The notes under the pieces were generated by a model. That model worked only from the letters and a program-made list of their open reading frames with translations, ran no database searches and was not told where the DNA came from. 64,000 bases of DNA. Source: Raillietiella orientalis (taxonomy: Eukaryota). Below, piece after piece: positions 1 to 13,024 of the stretch (position 1 is its first letter; each line of letters begins with the position of its first letter). The DNA is taken from positions 744,001-808,000 of the forward strand of contig JAYWIR010000004.1 in the NCBI GenBank assembly GCA_036172245.1, written 5' to 3'. A program made the translations under genes and the position numbers.

Positions 1-134
1 ATGTATATTCATAAAAGATACAAAATGCGTCGTGAGCGCTGAAACAGTATTCTACTTTGAAGCACACGAAAAGAATTTCAAGCGTTTCCTTACTCAAGTA
101 AAAAGTAAAAACTCCAAGTTTTTTTTTTCTGTTT

Positions 135-900
135 CTAAAAAAAAAGACCTTTAGAATTTCGTTGATACTGAATTACTTGGAACAATTCTATTATTTCGAC
201 TCTATCGTTCTCCGTCGGCGAAGAACGCATCTCCTCGCGTTGCTCCTTGTGTGCCAGTTCGAAAGAAGCGGCATCCAACCCACGTCGATCGCGTGTTCTT
301 CGCGAAGACAACTGAGCTGACACCGCACCGCAGATTCGAAATTTCTCCCGCAGCGTTGTGCGAGGCTGATTTACCGCTCCATATGGGGAACGCCACCATT
401 TTTATTCCTGCCGCGTCATGGGACACGTGTCCTGTCTCCACTCCAACTGTGCCTGTAAAACGAATGCCTACCTGACGACAATGTATCCTTTGCGCACTTC
501 TGTCCCGGAGGAGCATTTGTGCCTTCTGGTTCGGGAAATCAGAGCTCATGCAGAAATGCTGCCTCAAGCACCACTGATCTTCACGGTACAGGCGATTTGA
601 TGTGGCACGCTTATCGACAAAACAGCGGCAATAAGAGCACAAGATGCATTCTCGTTTTCGAAAATGAATTCTCGAGAGTGCTCAGATGCTGCCGGGCAAC
701 ATTCGAATCCTTGGAACATTCGGAGAGGAGCCGATGTCCGAAACTTTTCCTTGGAACGCGTTGCAGTTGAGGATCGTGCATGCGTCATCGGGAAAACCAT
801 GACAGACCAAAGATATGACGAAGAGGTGGCCTGAATCAGGGAAGCTGCCCTGGAACATCGGGACTTGGCAGCCTCCAACAAAGTAAGACCTCCAGGGCGA
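135..900 (-). pseudogene. Degenerate PMD-like ORF fragments
   Basis: ORF 564..881 'EHSREFIFENENASCALIAAVLSISVP' loosely follows the PMD pattern ET.TF.F..GE.TITL.DV..LLGLP; broken over several frames. Confidence 0.3.
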
Positions 901-1154
901 AGGGAGAGCAGTCGTTTTGAATGTCTTTAGCCCTTAAGAGCCCTCACCAACAGCCCTAGAAGAGTCAGGACAGAAGCAAGGAGAGTGTCGAGGACAGGTG
1001 CCCCTTCCCCCACTTGGCCTCCGAAGGAAGCGCCCTTAGGATCAAGAACATACATGGCACGGTCCCTGAGAGCGGCGGAGAGGCATTGAGGGATTGATCT
1101 CTGCGAAGACTCAGGCGGAGCATACCTCAGAGATGCTGCAGTTCGCGAGCATTA

Positions 1155-1800
1155 TTGGGACATGCATCGGAAGCCTCAAATGTGTCTTCGTCTGTGATGA
1201 CGGTCGCACGGTATCAACCTCGTCGTCGGGACGAGCCAAAGAGAACAGATGAGAGAAGACGCCACTGGCATCGGTCTGTTCGGATCCCCTTCCTTGGCTG
1301 CCATCAACAAAATTTGAACGAATGGTGCAGGGAGGGTGCAAACTCGAACAAAGGTCAAGTGTTCCTGAGGGTGTCGGATCTCCCCGCGAAGCAGCCATCT
1401 TTTGCCTTTCCCCTGTACGAGGATGCAGTCAGGCAAATGGGTCAGGCAGCCCTACGAGACATTTTCTCGGGGTCATGGCGCACGTTGCGTTCCGATCTCC
1501 GAATCGCTTTCTTCGCCAATCGGCTCACCCAAAGGACCAGAGGGGATTCCGAAACTTCCCAAACAGGGCTGTCCGTTGTCATGCCGGGGGAGTCGAAGAT
1601 CAATGGGTGAGGTTTAGGGAAGAGACTGAAATTAAAATCCTGCTAAATAATGCAGCAGCCCTCTTCCACGAACTTTCGCTTCCGGGACCCATCGCACTGA
1701 TCTTTCGCAGGGACGACGATAAATCATTCATGGACCTGGAAAAATTTACTCTTTATTTGCAGCTCAGTATCCGCGTTTTGCTGCCGTTCCTGACTTCATT
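1155..1800 (+). mobile_element. LINE reverse-transcriptase remnant
   Basis: Ordered RT motifs: SDLRIAF (~1491, cf. D..KAFD), KQGCPLS (1561-1581), LIFRRDDD (~1700, cf. FADD); frameshifted. Confidence 0.55.
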
Positions 1801-2119
1801 TTTTCCCGTCCGCTTCCGATTGCACTTTGCATGCCCACTCGTCAGTGTTCCCACAGCTTGAAACCCAGGGATCCTGGAAGCTGCTCCAGATTCCCATCTT
1901 GAATTTTACGTGCCTGCAGCACTCGAGTTCCAAGGGAAAGAGCAGTTTCCGTAATGCTGGAAGGGGGACTTGCAGGCAGACCATGGCGACTCCTGCGCCC
2001 CCCCCCCCTTCCCCCATGGCATTCCGCTCAAGTTAGTAAGTTGTTAGTTGATTTCGTCCGCTTTTAATCCCCATGCACCTTGTGGGTAGGAAAGAGGGGT
2101 AAGGGATTCGTCACCGTTT

Positions 2120-2820
2120 TCACAGGTTTTTCCCTTCCTGCTTCCTCAGACCGAGAGCAGCAGTACCCATGTGTTCGAAGGTTCCTGCTTTGTGGCCGAT
2201 GTCCCAGCAGGTGGTTTCAAAAGATGCCACGAGTTTCTTCCTGATGCATTCCTTCCGGTGCCGTATGATTCTGAGCTCTCTTAGCAACCACACTCTTTCC
2301 TGGGTCCCACGATCCCAAGATCCTGTCATCCAATAGGAAAGCACTGTCGTTTTCTCTTGGGATTAAGTGCCATCGGCAATGTTTGAAAACACCTGATTCC
2401 TTAAAAGGTAAAGAACATCAACATCGAAGACAGGTAAAGCACTTAAAAGCACTCACGAATAAACATGGCGCGGCGGCTGGAACACATCCTGAACAGGAAG
2501 CCGGAGCTGCCACAACGTCCTTGGACCAGGGCATCAAGAGGACGGATTCGCTCCAAGACCTCATCCTTTGTGACCAGCGTCAAAGACGCCTCAAGCAAAT
2601 CAGCGGCTCCACGATGATGAGCCGCACCGGTCATCATCATCCTGGAGGTATGGCGGGATGTGGCTCCTGAAAACATTAACAGACTTCCGATTTTTGCATT
2701 CACGGCGCATCTCAGCAGTCTCTTTCTTTGTGCCGTCTGAGAAAACGGCTCCCTGACGAAAACTGCTCCTCTTACGCGACGACGCACCTTTACCTCTGCC
2801 TCCAGGCAAGTCCGCAACGG
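2120..2820 (-). pseudogene. Degenerate PMD-like ORF
   Basis: 'LTLVTKDEVLERI' then 'TVLSYW...RGTQERVWLLRE', matching the order TITLEDV / AVLA.LY / G...Q.W..E. Confidence 0.4.
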
Positions 2821-2939
2821 GCGGAGGAGGTGGATGATAGAAAGCCCAGCAGAGGGAGAGGAGTTCTAGAGAGCGCGCTGTCGCAATTCACGAATCGGGA
2901 AGCCCGGTCACCGGGACGCATTCAGCATCCGTATCAGAA

Positions 2940-4165
2940 TTGAGGAAGGGTACTAGGAAGAGATTTTTGAGACATGAGCTTAGTACGAAAGTGTACAGAG
3001 AGAGAGAGAGAGAGAGAAAGGAAGACTTAAAGATTTCAGACTTTCTTCTGGCCGGAACGTGCTCATTTGAAGACACCAAAATATCGGCAGGTCGCCGCAG
3101 AATGATCAACCCATTTTGCAAAGATGGGGCAGTGGAACCACTGGAGCAATGCAGGGATGACTCCCCTGGGGGCGATCGCACATCTTACGTGGCGCGCACG
3201 CCCCTCGTTCCACTTTCTACGAGGGGAGTTCAGCTCGCACGTTTCCCTAAGGACAGGAAGCCTTTCAATCTGCACTATTCCCCGAAGGTTGTGGGGTAGG
3301 GCGCAAATGACCTCACGACCGTCTCGAATCCCTGGCTTCCGAAAGCCTCTACGGCTCGCCAATCGGTGAGACTGCTGGCTCCCGCGAGGTTGACTTCACC
3401 TCAAAGGGAGGATGAGGTCTCACTGTACAACGGCCAGGATTTTCGCCCGTGAGGCAACGTCCTCAAATGCCTCTGCCAAAGACTTTGGTCTCTGCTGCAG
3501 CTTCCGTTCGATGGATCGCGGCCTGCTCTTTCATACATTCACGCAAACATCAATCCGTCCGGGACTGCGAGTAGCATCCTCAAGCTCGCCGTCATCGCTT
3601 CGATCTTCTGAAGGCTTCTTAAGAAGCAAAACCGAAAATCTTCTTGGTGCCACTCTGCGGCTTTCTCCTTGCCGGAGGAAGGCGAAAGAAGTTTGCCGCT
3701 GGTGCCTTGCGTTGCCAAAGAGGAACCCTCGCTCTTCGTCTTCGATCGGCTTCTTGGAGGAAGCCCCAGAGGCGATGAGAGTCAGCCTGGACTTTGCAAA
3801 ATTCGGGTGCTCATGGAAACTCCAGCACGACGATCACTGCCAAAGAGGGTCACAATTTAGTTGCCTGGGAGCTCATTAGCAGCCCATGAGGTGAGCTGGT
3901 TTTCCTCCTTATGGCTTTCTCTTCTTTTCACCAAAGGCACTTCTTTGGTGACTGGCTGGGAGTAACCACATGGCTACGATTGCATCTTAAGACAGGTATT
4001 AACAACGCCGAAGTATTCGGAAGTCTCCGCCTGCTTCAAAGGCACTCTCTGATGATATTATTTAGGACGACTGGGTGTTCCAGTACGCGAAGAGTGACGG
4101 ACATTTTGCGATACTTTTGCAGCAAAAGAAGAGTGCGCTCCCATGGAAACGAAACTTTTCCATGA
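2940..4165 (+). mobile_element. LINE ORF2 (RT) remnant
   Basis: DSPGGD (~3160, cf. KSPGPDG), RLANR (~3360), SFRSMDRGLL, LRLSP, MRVSLDFAK, FSCLGAH (~3860, cf. KYLG) in correct order. Confidence 0.5.
2997..3016 (+). repeat. (AG)10 microsatellite
   Basis: Directly visible. Confidence 0.95.
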
Positions 4166-4399
4166 AAATGTATTCCTATAATATTTGATCATGATGACAT
4201 TCCTTTTATTCCCTTTGGTGTTTGTAATTCCCGTTTTTTTTTTTTGCTGAGTTCCTTCGGTGCCAAGCATAGCGCGCAATTGCACCTTGGAGTCCATGTG
4301 AACGTTTGCAAGCATCTTCCACGTATGATGCGAGAGTGAAAAAAATTCTGCGCATCTTTTCCAATAAGAGTTCTTTGTTGATTTGATTTCCGCATGCGA

Positions 4400-5450
4400 T
4401 TTACTCAAAGAGAGGATTCAGTAGCAACCCATGCCAACAACAACTTCGTTACGAATTCTTTCGGATTGCTTGTACCACACAAGAAAATCTCCCAGCGACG
4501 CATTTCATGTCGAGACCTTTCAGAGTGCTTCATCAGTTTGAAGATGCTCAACATTTCTCTCTTCGTTCACGAGCACTTTGCTTTTCTGTCTGAAGGTTTC
4601 TGTTCTGTTGCTGGCGCCTTTGCCATCGTCTTGATCCACTGAGTCAATCGAAGTGACTCCACTGAGGTCGTTTTCTCCTCGGCCATGGCTTCCAAGATGC
4701 TTCAAGACAGCCCCTGCAAGCAAAAACTGGACATCTGATCCATTCCTCTGAAAGCCGCTGAATGGACGCAATTACGGGAGCTTTCGGCGTAAAATTCACC
4801 ATCCGAAAGAAGAACTCAGACTAGGGACAGCTTGCTCAACACGATTTGGTGCAGATTTACTGCAGCATCGCAAAGCCGGGAGCGACGCGGTGATTCGTAG
4901 GGGAACTGTGGTACCCCGTGGAGTTGGAATGAATGGACTGTTCGAGAAACCTGTTGGAACCGTTTGCCCAGTGGAGGATCCATGCCGCATCCGTTCTTGC
5001 ACTGCTAAAATAATGATAAAAGATGCACGAGGATTCGGAAAGATTCAGACAGTAGAGACGAATTGGGCTTTTCATCGTATTAGGCACTGCAGCAGGAGCT
5101 TCATTTGGAGCTCCTGCCGGAATGACGTGGTATCCATTATCCTCCTCGAGCTGTCTCAGACGTGGATGGAAATTCTGAATCGGACTGGGAGCTCCTGCCT
5201 TCAGATGACGGCAGCGAACGACTGCAACGGTGGTAGTGAAAGCATCGCAAGAAACTCTGCCACCGCTCGGGTGAGAACGGGCGTGGGCGAGGAGGTTCCT
5301 GGTAAACTTTCCCTACGCACCGGCTAGCCTGCTGAGTGTCCCGTCGGCGGAGCGGACTGCGCCGTGGAAGCTGTCGGGAGGAAAAGGAGCTCGCGGGACT
5401 TATCGGCTCGAGCTCATTTGGCTCGCATCATTCGCAGTCCGGGATGCAAC
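4400..5450 (-). pseudogene. Degenerate PMD-like ORF
   Basis: ORF 4520..4771 'QFLLAGAVLKHLG...DLSG' (cf. YSWGSAVLA.LY...GC); upstream 'IRLYCL' resembles the family's IYR block. Confidence 0.4.
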
Positions 5451-5586
5451 AGTGAGGGATCCATCTAAGAAGGCCTGCGGGCATCCCGGCCTGGTTCGCG
5501 AGGATTCTCAACGCGGAAGGATTCTTCGAGGAGCGGAATGTACGATTCCTTGCCCTTGCGGCCAAGCAATTTGCACTCCCTGACGC

Positions 5587-6850
5587 ATGAGGAATGGGGA
5601 AAAGGAATATTGGGAGCGATACAAGCCGGAGCCGAAGCCTCGAGCGATATCAAAGCTGGCTGCGCCGGAATGCGGCCAGTCTTTCCGGGTGGATAATCGA
5701 GGAAAAGGAAACATTTCCGGGGATATGAAAAAGAGCCTTCCTCGGAGCAGGAGCAGCCCGACCGCAGCTCGGAAAGGCTTTGGAGTCATGCGTCTCGAGA
5801 TAAAAAAACGATTCGGATGTTGAAACCCTGGCGAATTGGATTTTCGTTTTCGCGTTCCCATGATCCCCTGCTAGGGAGTACCCAAGACAAGTTAGATAAC
5901 GTTTCCCTTGACGACGATGAATGCAGCAAGTGCGGGTCCAGCTGCGACTGCTGGAGGCGAGGGAATTCGTTCTGGAGGGACGTCTTGTGCAACTTTTGTC
6001 ACAGCGTCAAATACGCTCGCTTATTGCTGGTCCCCAAGACACGGGCGGCAGAGGCGAAGCGCGACCCATGCGAGAATGAAACGTCGACAACAGAAGAATG
6101 GCGTAAGGTGACGAATCTTCTCTTGAGGTGACTTCCTCCGGAACGAGTGCTGGAAAATTATTTTTCCTAGGGAGAATCTGGGGCTCATCGAATCGTCCTC
6201 TTTCCGGGTCGCCACAGTGATGGGCATCTCGTGAAGCGAGGAAGGGGTTTCAAGACGTGGAGCAGCCACCATGCTCCTCCTGCCACGGCCTCAATTACGA
6301 TACTCTCCAGCAGACGTTTCTGACCTGGTTTCCCTGCCCGCTCGCTGGAGCGCGGTGACCTTAGATTTTTGCATACGATTTCTTCGGCTGCCTGAACGCC
6401 GACTGGCCAATAAGCGCGACACCCCATGTGAGAATTTTAATCGAGCTATATAGGTGGAAGTTCATAGGCAACAAGGGTGGTGTCATGGCTGAGAGTTGCT
6501 CTTTTTTTTTTTTTTTTTTTAAATCGCATTCCAACCGCATTCTTTGCGTAAGGGAGGGAGAGACATGGGGCTTGCAAGCAGGTTATTCTTGAATAGAGGG
6601 AAGTGGAGACCTGGATGCTGCGTTTCGCCATCACTGCATCTCGAATGCGGCTCGGAAGCCTTGCAGGCGTTTCCGAACTTACTTTTCAAGGCGATCCTGG
6701 ATGGATCGATACGAAAAATCGTCAGCGGATTCAGAGCATTCACGCTGCGAACTGCGGTTTCAATTAGGAGAGTGATTGAGGGAGTCCTGATGGTATTTTT
6801 TTTCCTTCTTTTATCATCTTCGTTCCGGGATCGACCCTTCGCAAAATGAA
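5587..6850 (+). mobile_element. LINE endonuclease/RT remnant
   Basis: SGDM (cf. GDFN), FSF...KLDNV (cf. TF...RLD), WSAVTL...RRLANK (cf. WRPISL...LANRL), RPGCCVSP (cf. RQGCPLSP). Confidence 0.45.
6502..6520 (+). repeat. Poly(T) 19-mer
   Basis: Directly visible. Confidence 0.95.
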
Positions 6851-7654
6851 CTCCGATAGCGTGTTTTTGGGAGAGCTTCACGATCCTCTTGGGATAGGCG
6901 GTCGGTTGATCCCGAACGATTCTTCTCTCGAAGTCTCCCCTTGCAAACTCAGGGAAGCTGGTGCCCAAAGCTCGTAGGTACGAGAGTTTCCAACGCTCCC
7001 CATCATTCCAAATTTCGTCTTTCGAGAGCGGGGGGAAGGAGGGAGGATGGGGGAACCCTAAATAGGGAGTGTCTCGTTTTCCCGTTGAGAGGGGAGGAGT
7101 CTCTGAAGTCTGTACACCCAGTGCATCTCAAAGAAGCACGTACTCTGTTAAATGTACAGTGCTTGTGAGATTAAGCACCAACACTGCCGAGCAGCATGTG
7201 GTGCTCTGCGCACCCGTGTACGAAGACGACATGCAGCCTTACTATGCCCACCAGTGTGCAAGCGTGCAAATTCGCCATTTTCGGTGACTTCAAATTTTTT
7301 CGGATCTGTGAACCCTTCTTCCCCCCGGGGAAACGGATCAACAGAGTCTAGAACGCTAGAATGCTGGAAACTTTCGTTTCAGAAGCACCTGAAGTTTTTG
7401 AGAGTCCCAACAAAAGGAGGGAAAGTGCCTCTGATGCCCTATCTTCCGCTGCTTAAAACAGCCATACTATGGATTTTATGCAATTCACGTAAAGTAATCC
7501 AGCTCGAAAGAGAGCTTACATACAGAGCCTCTGCAGTGCTCGTGACGTCACAACATGTCGTAATGCCAAATGTCAATAATTTCTGCTAATAAGCACTGTT
7601 TCCGTTTGAGGATGGTCACGAAACACATTGGAGCCCCGCTTATATATTTATTCT

Positions 7655-8422
7655 TCATGAGGTGCTTAGATGGAAAGATCGATCGGCGGATGGAATCCCC
7701 TGCAAGTGACCAGAAATCATCTGTTCTTCTTCAAAGGTCGCGAGATTAGGTATATTTTTTCCATAGATTTCGCAGCTGATCTGGCAACTGGTCTGATTTT
7801 TTGTTCTCCAGTTGCTTCTCCACTGGCAAGCCATTTTCTTCTTCATCACCAGTGCTTAAAAGATGTAGTTCGCCGCTGCTGGGAAATCCCTTGGCCCCAG
7901 CAAGCGTTTCTGTTAAGTGAATGGAAGATGGTGCGAAGGTCGTCCCTTTATTAAAAGTAACGAGAGCCTTTCTTTTGAATGAATAAACAAATAAAGCCAA
8001 AAAAAAAAACATGCAAATCTCGTGATTGCTTCGAGTCTCAATCGGTACGCGGGTGTTCACATGTGTGACACATGCATAAATATTCCCAGTGTAAAGTCTC
8101 CTTCTCAGAAGCGACTCGGCAAAATGTCACTTGCAAAATGGCTGAGCGAGCAGCTGGATTCCGTTTTTAGCTCTGTACAGTTCTGCAAAGATGAAAGGTC
8201 AAAAGATTCCGTTACCTCCACGCGGTTTCTACTTTCTATTGCTGCGCGTTCGTGTGCATCCAGCTGAAACCCGAAAGCCGTAGACACGTGGATAAGGTGG
8301 AACGGACCACGTGTGTGGTTCCTGGAATCCCCCTTTTCGGGAGTCACAAGAGTGCTCTGAGAGCAGGCGATCACCTCCTCGTGTGGCAAAATTAGGACAC
8401 ACAAAGTTGGGGAATCGGCCAC
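7655..8422 (-). pseudogene. Degenerate PMD-like ORF
   Basis: ORF 7746..8060 'FFLALFVYSFKRKALVTFNKGTTF', similar to the 48582 copy 'HLTFRKGKLT'. Confidence 0.4.
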
Positions 8423-9399
8423 ACGTTTGCCAACAGCGCAGGACGTAAAGGGGTTCTGACGATGATCACAGTCAACTTACAAAAAAGTGTTTGGATTCTA
8501 AGATGGAAGGTCAATGACCGTCAACCGATTCCATAATTACCATGGACACGTACCAACAAGCAATTGCGAAATTTTCAGAGGACATTCAGAGATCACACCC
8601 ATCTGGTTGTTTTTTTTCCCTACGAATCAGCCATAAAATTTCATCTTCCATTTTTAATAAATGAAAATGAGGGCATATGATTATTAGAGAAGTTTTTTTT
8701 TGTTTTATAATATTTCATTTGTCTACTTCAGATTAATCGGGGTGAGATAAAACTGTTCCGCCTCGAACTTCACTACAGCTCCCTGCAAAGCCCCACTTGA
8801 TGTGGACCAGTTTGAAGCCACTCCCCTTGCATTTTTTTAGATTGCACTGTTGATCGTGACGTCACGCCGCGAAGCCGGACTTTAGGCGATCCAAGAGCCT
8901 CAGACTATCTATATTGAATTTAGTTCTCGAAAAATAGTGATTGACATATGTCTAACAATATAAACATTTTCAATTAATTCGTTATCATTGCTCCAAATAT
9001 ATTTACATTGAGCCTGCATGGAATACCATCTTTATAATATCTTGAAAGGGGATCTAGGATCAAGGCTTAAATTTGTTACACCGTATAAAGCACTTTTTAC
9101 ATGACTCATTATATACACCCATCTCGGAGTTGTAGTTGCAATTCGTAATCCAAGTGAATCGAGAAGTTGAATGGAAGGGTGATCGTCTCCAAAAATTGCC
9201 AAAGGCTTCTATCCGATTCCATCCGAATTCTTGCTTTCCTCGAGTTTCCATGGGTACTGAGTGTCGCGTGCGTTAAGTCGCGAGGGCTCGCGCGTGCGTG
9301 CGACGCGTCTTGGATATGTATGCATGGACAGATGGACCGCTTTCGCGACCGAGAGCTCTGCTACATGGCAGAACTCTTTGTCAGAATGTATGGCTCTTT

Positions 9400-10100
9400 C
9401 GTGGACTTCCCTGCTCCGTAGCCCAAGCCTCAGGACGGCCGAAAGCGGCAAGGGAAGGAGACCTGGAGATCAGAGAGGAGAGGAACGTTTTCAGCGGTGG
9501 CCAGCAGCTGCAACATCGGGGAGACTGCGCAAACAAGCCTGAGGCACGCCACATGGGGAGGAGGTGGAAGGCGAGTTCACGGCGCAGAGGAGTTGCAGGA
9601 GAAATAACTGCGGGGGACGAAAGACGACAGGGTGTCCGAGGACGCGTTTCGTCGGGCAGTTTGTGATGACCGCGGAGTTTCGGGCTCTCCAGGGAGGACA
9701 GACTTTCCGCGCGCCGTGGGTCCTCATCATCTGAGGAAGGGCCGGCGTTAGGGGCTCAAACGAAGCTAAAGACTCGGGAAGACCAGCTAGGGATTGAGAT
9801 ACGGAGGTCTCTGGAAGAGAGACCACATCATAGTGGCAAAGTTGGTCGGCCAGACGCATGCTCCTTTGCTGGTCTCGGACGACGGTTGTCGGTGGTCTAA
9901 GGAACTACAGGGATAACGCACCAGGGCTGCTCCTGCAGGAAGCATGCGGGAATGGCCCCAAAGCCCAGTCCGACGACCTCACCGCGCCATGCAGAGCGGT
10001 TTCGTGCCACAGCTGCTCGCCCGGATCTCCTGACTCATCGGAAAGATACCAACCACTCGCGTCATGGCCATTCACCTGTGCGGATGAAGGAGCAGCATGA
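9400..10100 (+). mobile_element. Possible LINE 3' remnant
   Basis: 'CHSC...DS' in ORF 9858..10100 may be an eroded C-terminal zinc finger; weak. Confidence 0.25.
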
Positions 10101-11400
10101 AACCATCCAAGTCATGAGGACCAAGTCGTGGCCAAGTCGAGGCCGCTTCAAGTCGAGGTCTTGAGTGCGAAGGAGTAGGAAGCCCTATTTCGTCTTCCCA
10201 TTTGCGCAGATGATGGTCTGACCTCAGGGTTACAGCGGGGAGCTTTCTCACCTGAATTCAACAAACGTGCATGACCAGCGAAAGGCCCGTGAGGCTGATT
10301 GGAGTCCGCAAGCCTCAGTCTGTCTTCCCGTCATGGAAAAGAACCCGAACCGAGGGAGGGCCAAGGAATGGCATCTTCGCCTTCGATGGACAACTCTTTG
10401 ACTAGGAATCGGCTCACGTAGCGCAACTCAGCTCACGCACCTCTGAGGGCTAGGCCCACAGGCAATGACGCTCGCCGTGCGTGCAGAAGATATCTGGGAT
10501 GAAAGGAGTTCCTTGAAACGACTGCATCCCTGACGGGAATCGGTGAACGCGACTCTAACTGGAGCGCGGATGAAGAGCGCTGCGCAGGCAGAATGGGAGC
10601 CGGAGCAGTTTGGAAATCGAGGTCGGATCTCCAGGGCGATGGAGATGCAACGACAGTGGCCATCGGCTGCCCCTACGAATCTTCTTGCGCTGAAGCAGGC
10701 GGGCTGGCAGCAGGAAACGAGCGTGTCCGCACTCCACTCGGCAGATGACGGAGCGTCAGCGTCCGTCGGAGAGGTCTTCGTGAGGTCCAGCCAACAAACA
10801 AGAGCGAAGAGGATCGAAGATCCGTAGGCGAGGGGTGGGGCACGTGAGGAAGGAAAAAGGCGTGCGCTCCAGCATACGCTGCTCCGCCGGAGAAATCCAC
10901 CGCAGCGCGCGGTCTGAGCACCAGCTGAGATATGGAGACCTTCGCGAGACCTCCGCAACTCCTAGAGGGGGCTGATAGGGAGGCGACCGCTGCCGGACGG
11001 TGAAGATGGTGGATGTGGTTGGCTGAACCTTCCGGTAGATCTCGCAAAGCACAAGCGTGAATACATCTATCGTGCGTCTTTTTCAACGCTAACGGTGTGC
11101 TTCGGAATGGGCAACGTTCGTTTGGTACAGCGACATGATTTCTCTTTCTCGGGAGAATAGGGGATAGCAATGCAGCCTCCGCGGTCCATGGTCGCCCACT
11201 CCGTGCGTCGCGTCCCGAATTACCAAATGACTCCGCAGTGTGTTTTACACATTCAGATTGGCTGTCCTGACCAGGTATGTGTCCTCACGGCCACCTACTC
11301 TGACCTCACTGCTTCCTGCGGTGCGCACTGGACTTCCTCGAGTATGCATCCACCTCAGGAACCAAAGCAACCACGTGCTTCTGCCTTCACGCCAGACATG
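10090..11400 (-). pseudogene. PMD-like pseudogene (donor of inverted repeat 1)
   Basis: KTHCG, EIYRK, PPYQPP, MLERTPFSFL, ILFALVCWLD; beyond the repeat SRAF, YSFA and GHDLVLMTW continue in PMD order. Confidence 0.5.
10349..11343. repeat. Inverted repeat 1, left arm (~1.0 kb)
   Basis: Reverse complement of 33631-34626; ORF coordinates sum to 44975; near-identical translations. Confidence 0.97.
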
Positions 11401-11662
11401 CTCACGGGGGTGAAACTTCTGGCAGCAGCAACTGCAAAGGAGGAGGACAAGACGGGTATAAGGGGCTACCGAAAGGGTTGTGTGCTTGCGTAAACTTTGA
11501 CCTTGAAGAGACTATTCAGCAAAAAGGAACAACAAAAACAAAAGGAAAGTCCTTAAACAGCAATTTCAGAGCGTAGGAAAAATTCAGTCCACCCAGATAG
11601 CAGCGACTACTCGCTTCGGGTGGTCAGCAAGACTCAAGGACGAGAGCGCGTTGCAGCTCACT

Positions 11663-12410
11663 CTAGCTCAGTGCTTTCCTTCGTTTAGCCGAAGCCCTGA
11701 AGCATGCTGAAGAGGCACGCCAGGTGGCGGCTGAGACCCAAGGATGAACCATGCAGCCATCTTGAGGGAAGAAATTCTTCGAAAACGTTCTCAACTGCGG
11801 TGGGAGTTTCTTGGGCCAGCTCCTGCTGTTCCAGCTCCTGCAGCTTTGTTCTAACTTAAGGATCAGGTGGTGCTTTTTGGCCATATTGTGCGTAGAAATG
11901 CACCACCATGTGCTGCGTGCGGTGTCGGTGGTGACGTCAAGAGCGGTGTGGTTTCTCAGTTTGTTTGAGTTTTGTCACGCTTTTAAATTCACCATCTTCA
12001 TGCATTTTCTCCTTTTTCTTATAAGATTGAAGTTAAACACATCAAATCCTAGAAAGATCTACGTCTGAATGTCGTGATCCACCTTCTTGACACCAGGTCG
12101 TCAAAAACCCAGAAGCATCAAGAATCTTCAAAGTCCATCGACCTTTTTTAAATTCCAACCTTGGTAAGAGGCGCAATTGCAGAAATCACCCAATTCCATC
12201 ATACGGAAGTAATTCCAAAGTGTTTATGAACTCAGTAACTGGAATGATATTTGCACACAGAAAGGATGTAATCCATCGTTCTATTAAACGCCACTTAACG
12301 AGCGCCCACTCTGCTCCTCTTGCCATACTTGGAGAGAAGTTTTCAGCGTCCATTTCCTTTTCTTGGTGCTTGCACGATCGTGAAACTCTGCAATTTTGCT
12401 TGTAGGACAT
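11663..12410 (-). pseudogene. Degenerate PMD-like ORF
   Basis: 'LIERWITSF...INTLELLPYDG' (cf. LVERW..T.TF...LLGLP..G), later 'RSW' and 'DGCMVHPWV'. Confidence 0.5.
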
Positions 12411-13024
12411 TCTATGAGATTTAGGATGATTGTCTATCCTAGAAGGCCGGCAAGCCTCAGAGAGACCAGCGACTTACTCGCTTCTCGATGGAGGTCTTCA
12501 AATCAGCTGAATTTCTTCTTCGGTCGGAAGTCCTTGAGAAAACTGTTCGTTGGCCTGTCGAACGCCTTGCGCTCACTCGACTTCATGGGGATTTCTCACA
12601 GACTTTGATAGGCTGCACACAACTGTTTCCTTCTTGTCCTCCCTGACCTCAGATCTACTACTTGTTTTTGGCCCCCCAATTCACTTTCTTCAGACGTTCC
12701 TTCTGGGGACTGACCGAAGTTCGAGCCATCAGCTGTGCTCCTCGTTGGGAGGGTCAAAATGATTCTGCATCTCAGCTGCAGATTTCGGGGCAGTCATTAG
12801 GTCCACCGATACTTCACCAAGCCTTTGCCAAGACACCGTCTCGATTTACATGATGACAGACAGACGTGCAACCAGAAATGAGGAGGTACTATCTACTAAG
12901 GAAGGAACACCCCTCTTCCTGACTCCATCGAATCTTGCTTCGTTCACGACTGCTGGACTTGCCTGAGATGCATAGGAAAGCTATAATTCTGTGAGATTTG
13001 GGGGTCATCTTTGCGTCTTAGATC

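Noticed and set aside
2600..2809. Ulp1-like 'QDDDDRCG' motif
   Set aside because: Neighbouring frames fit the PMD motif order better
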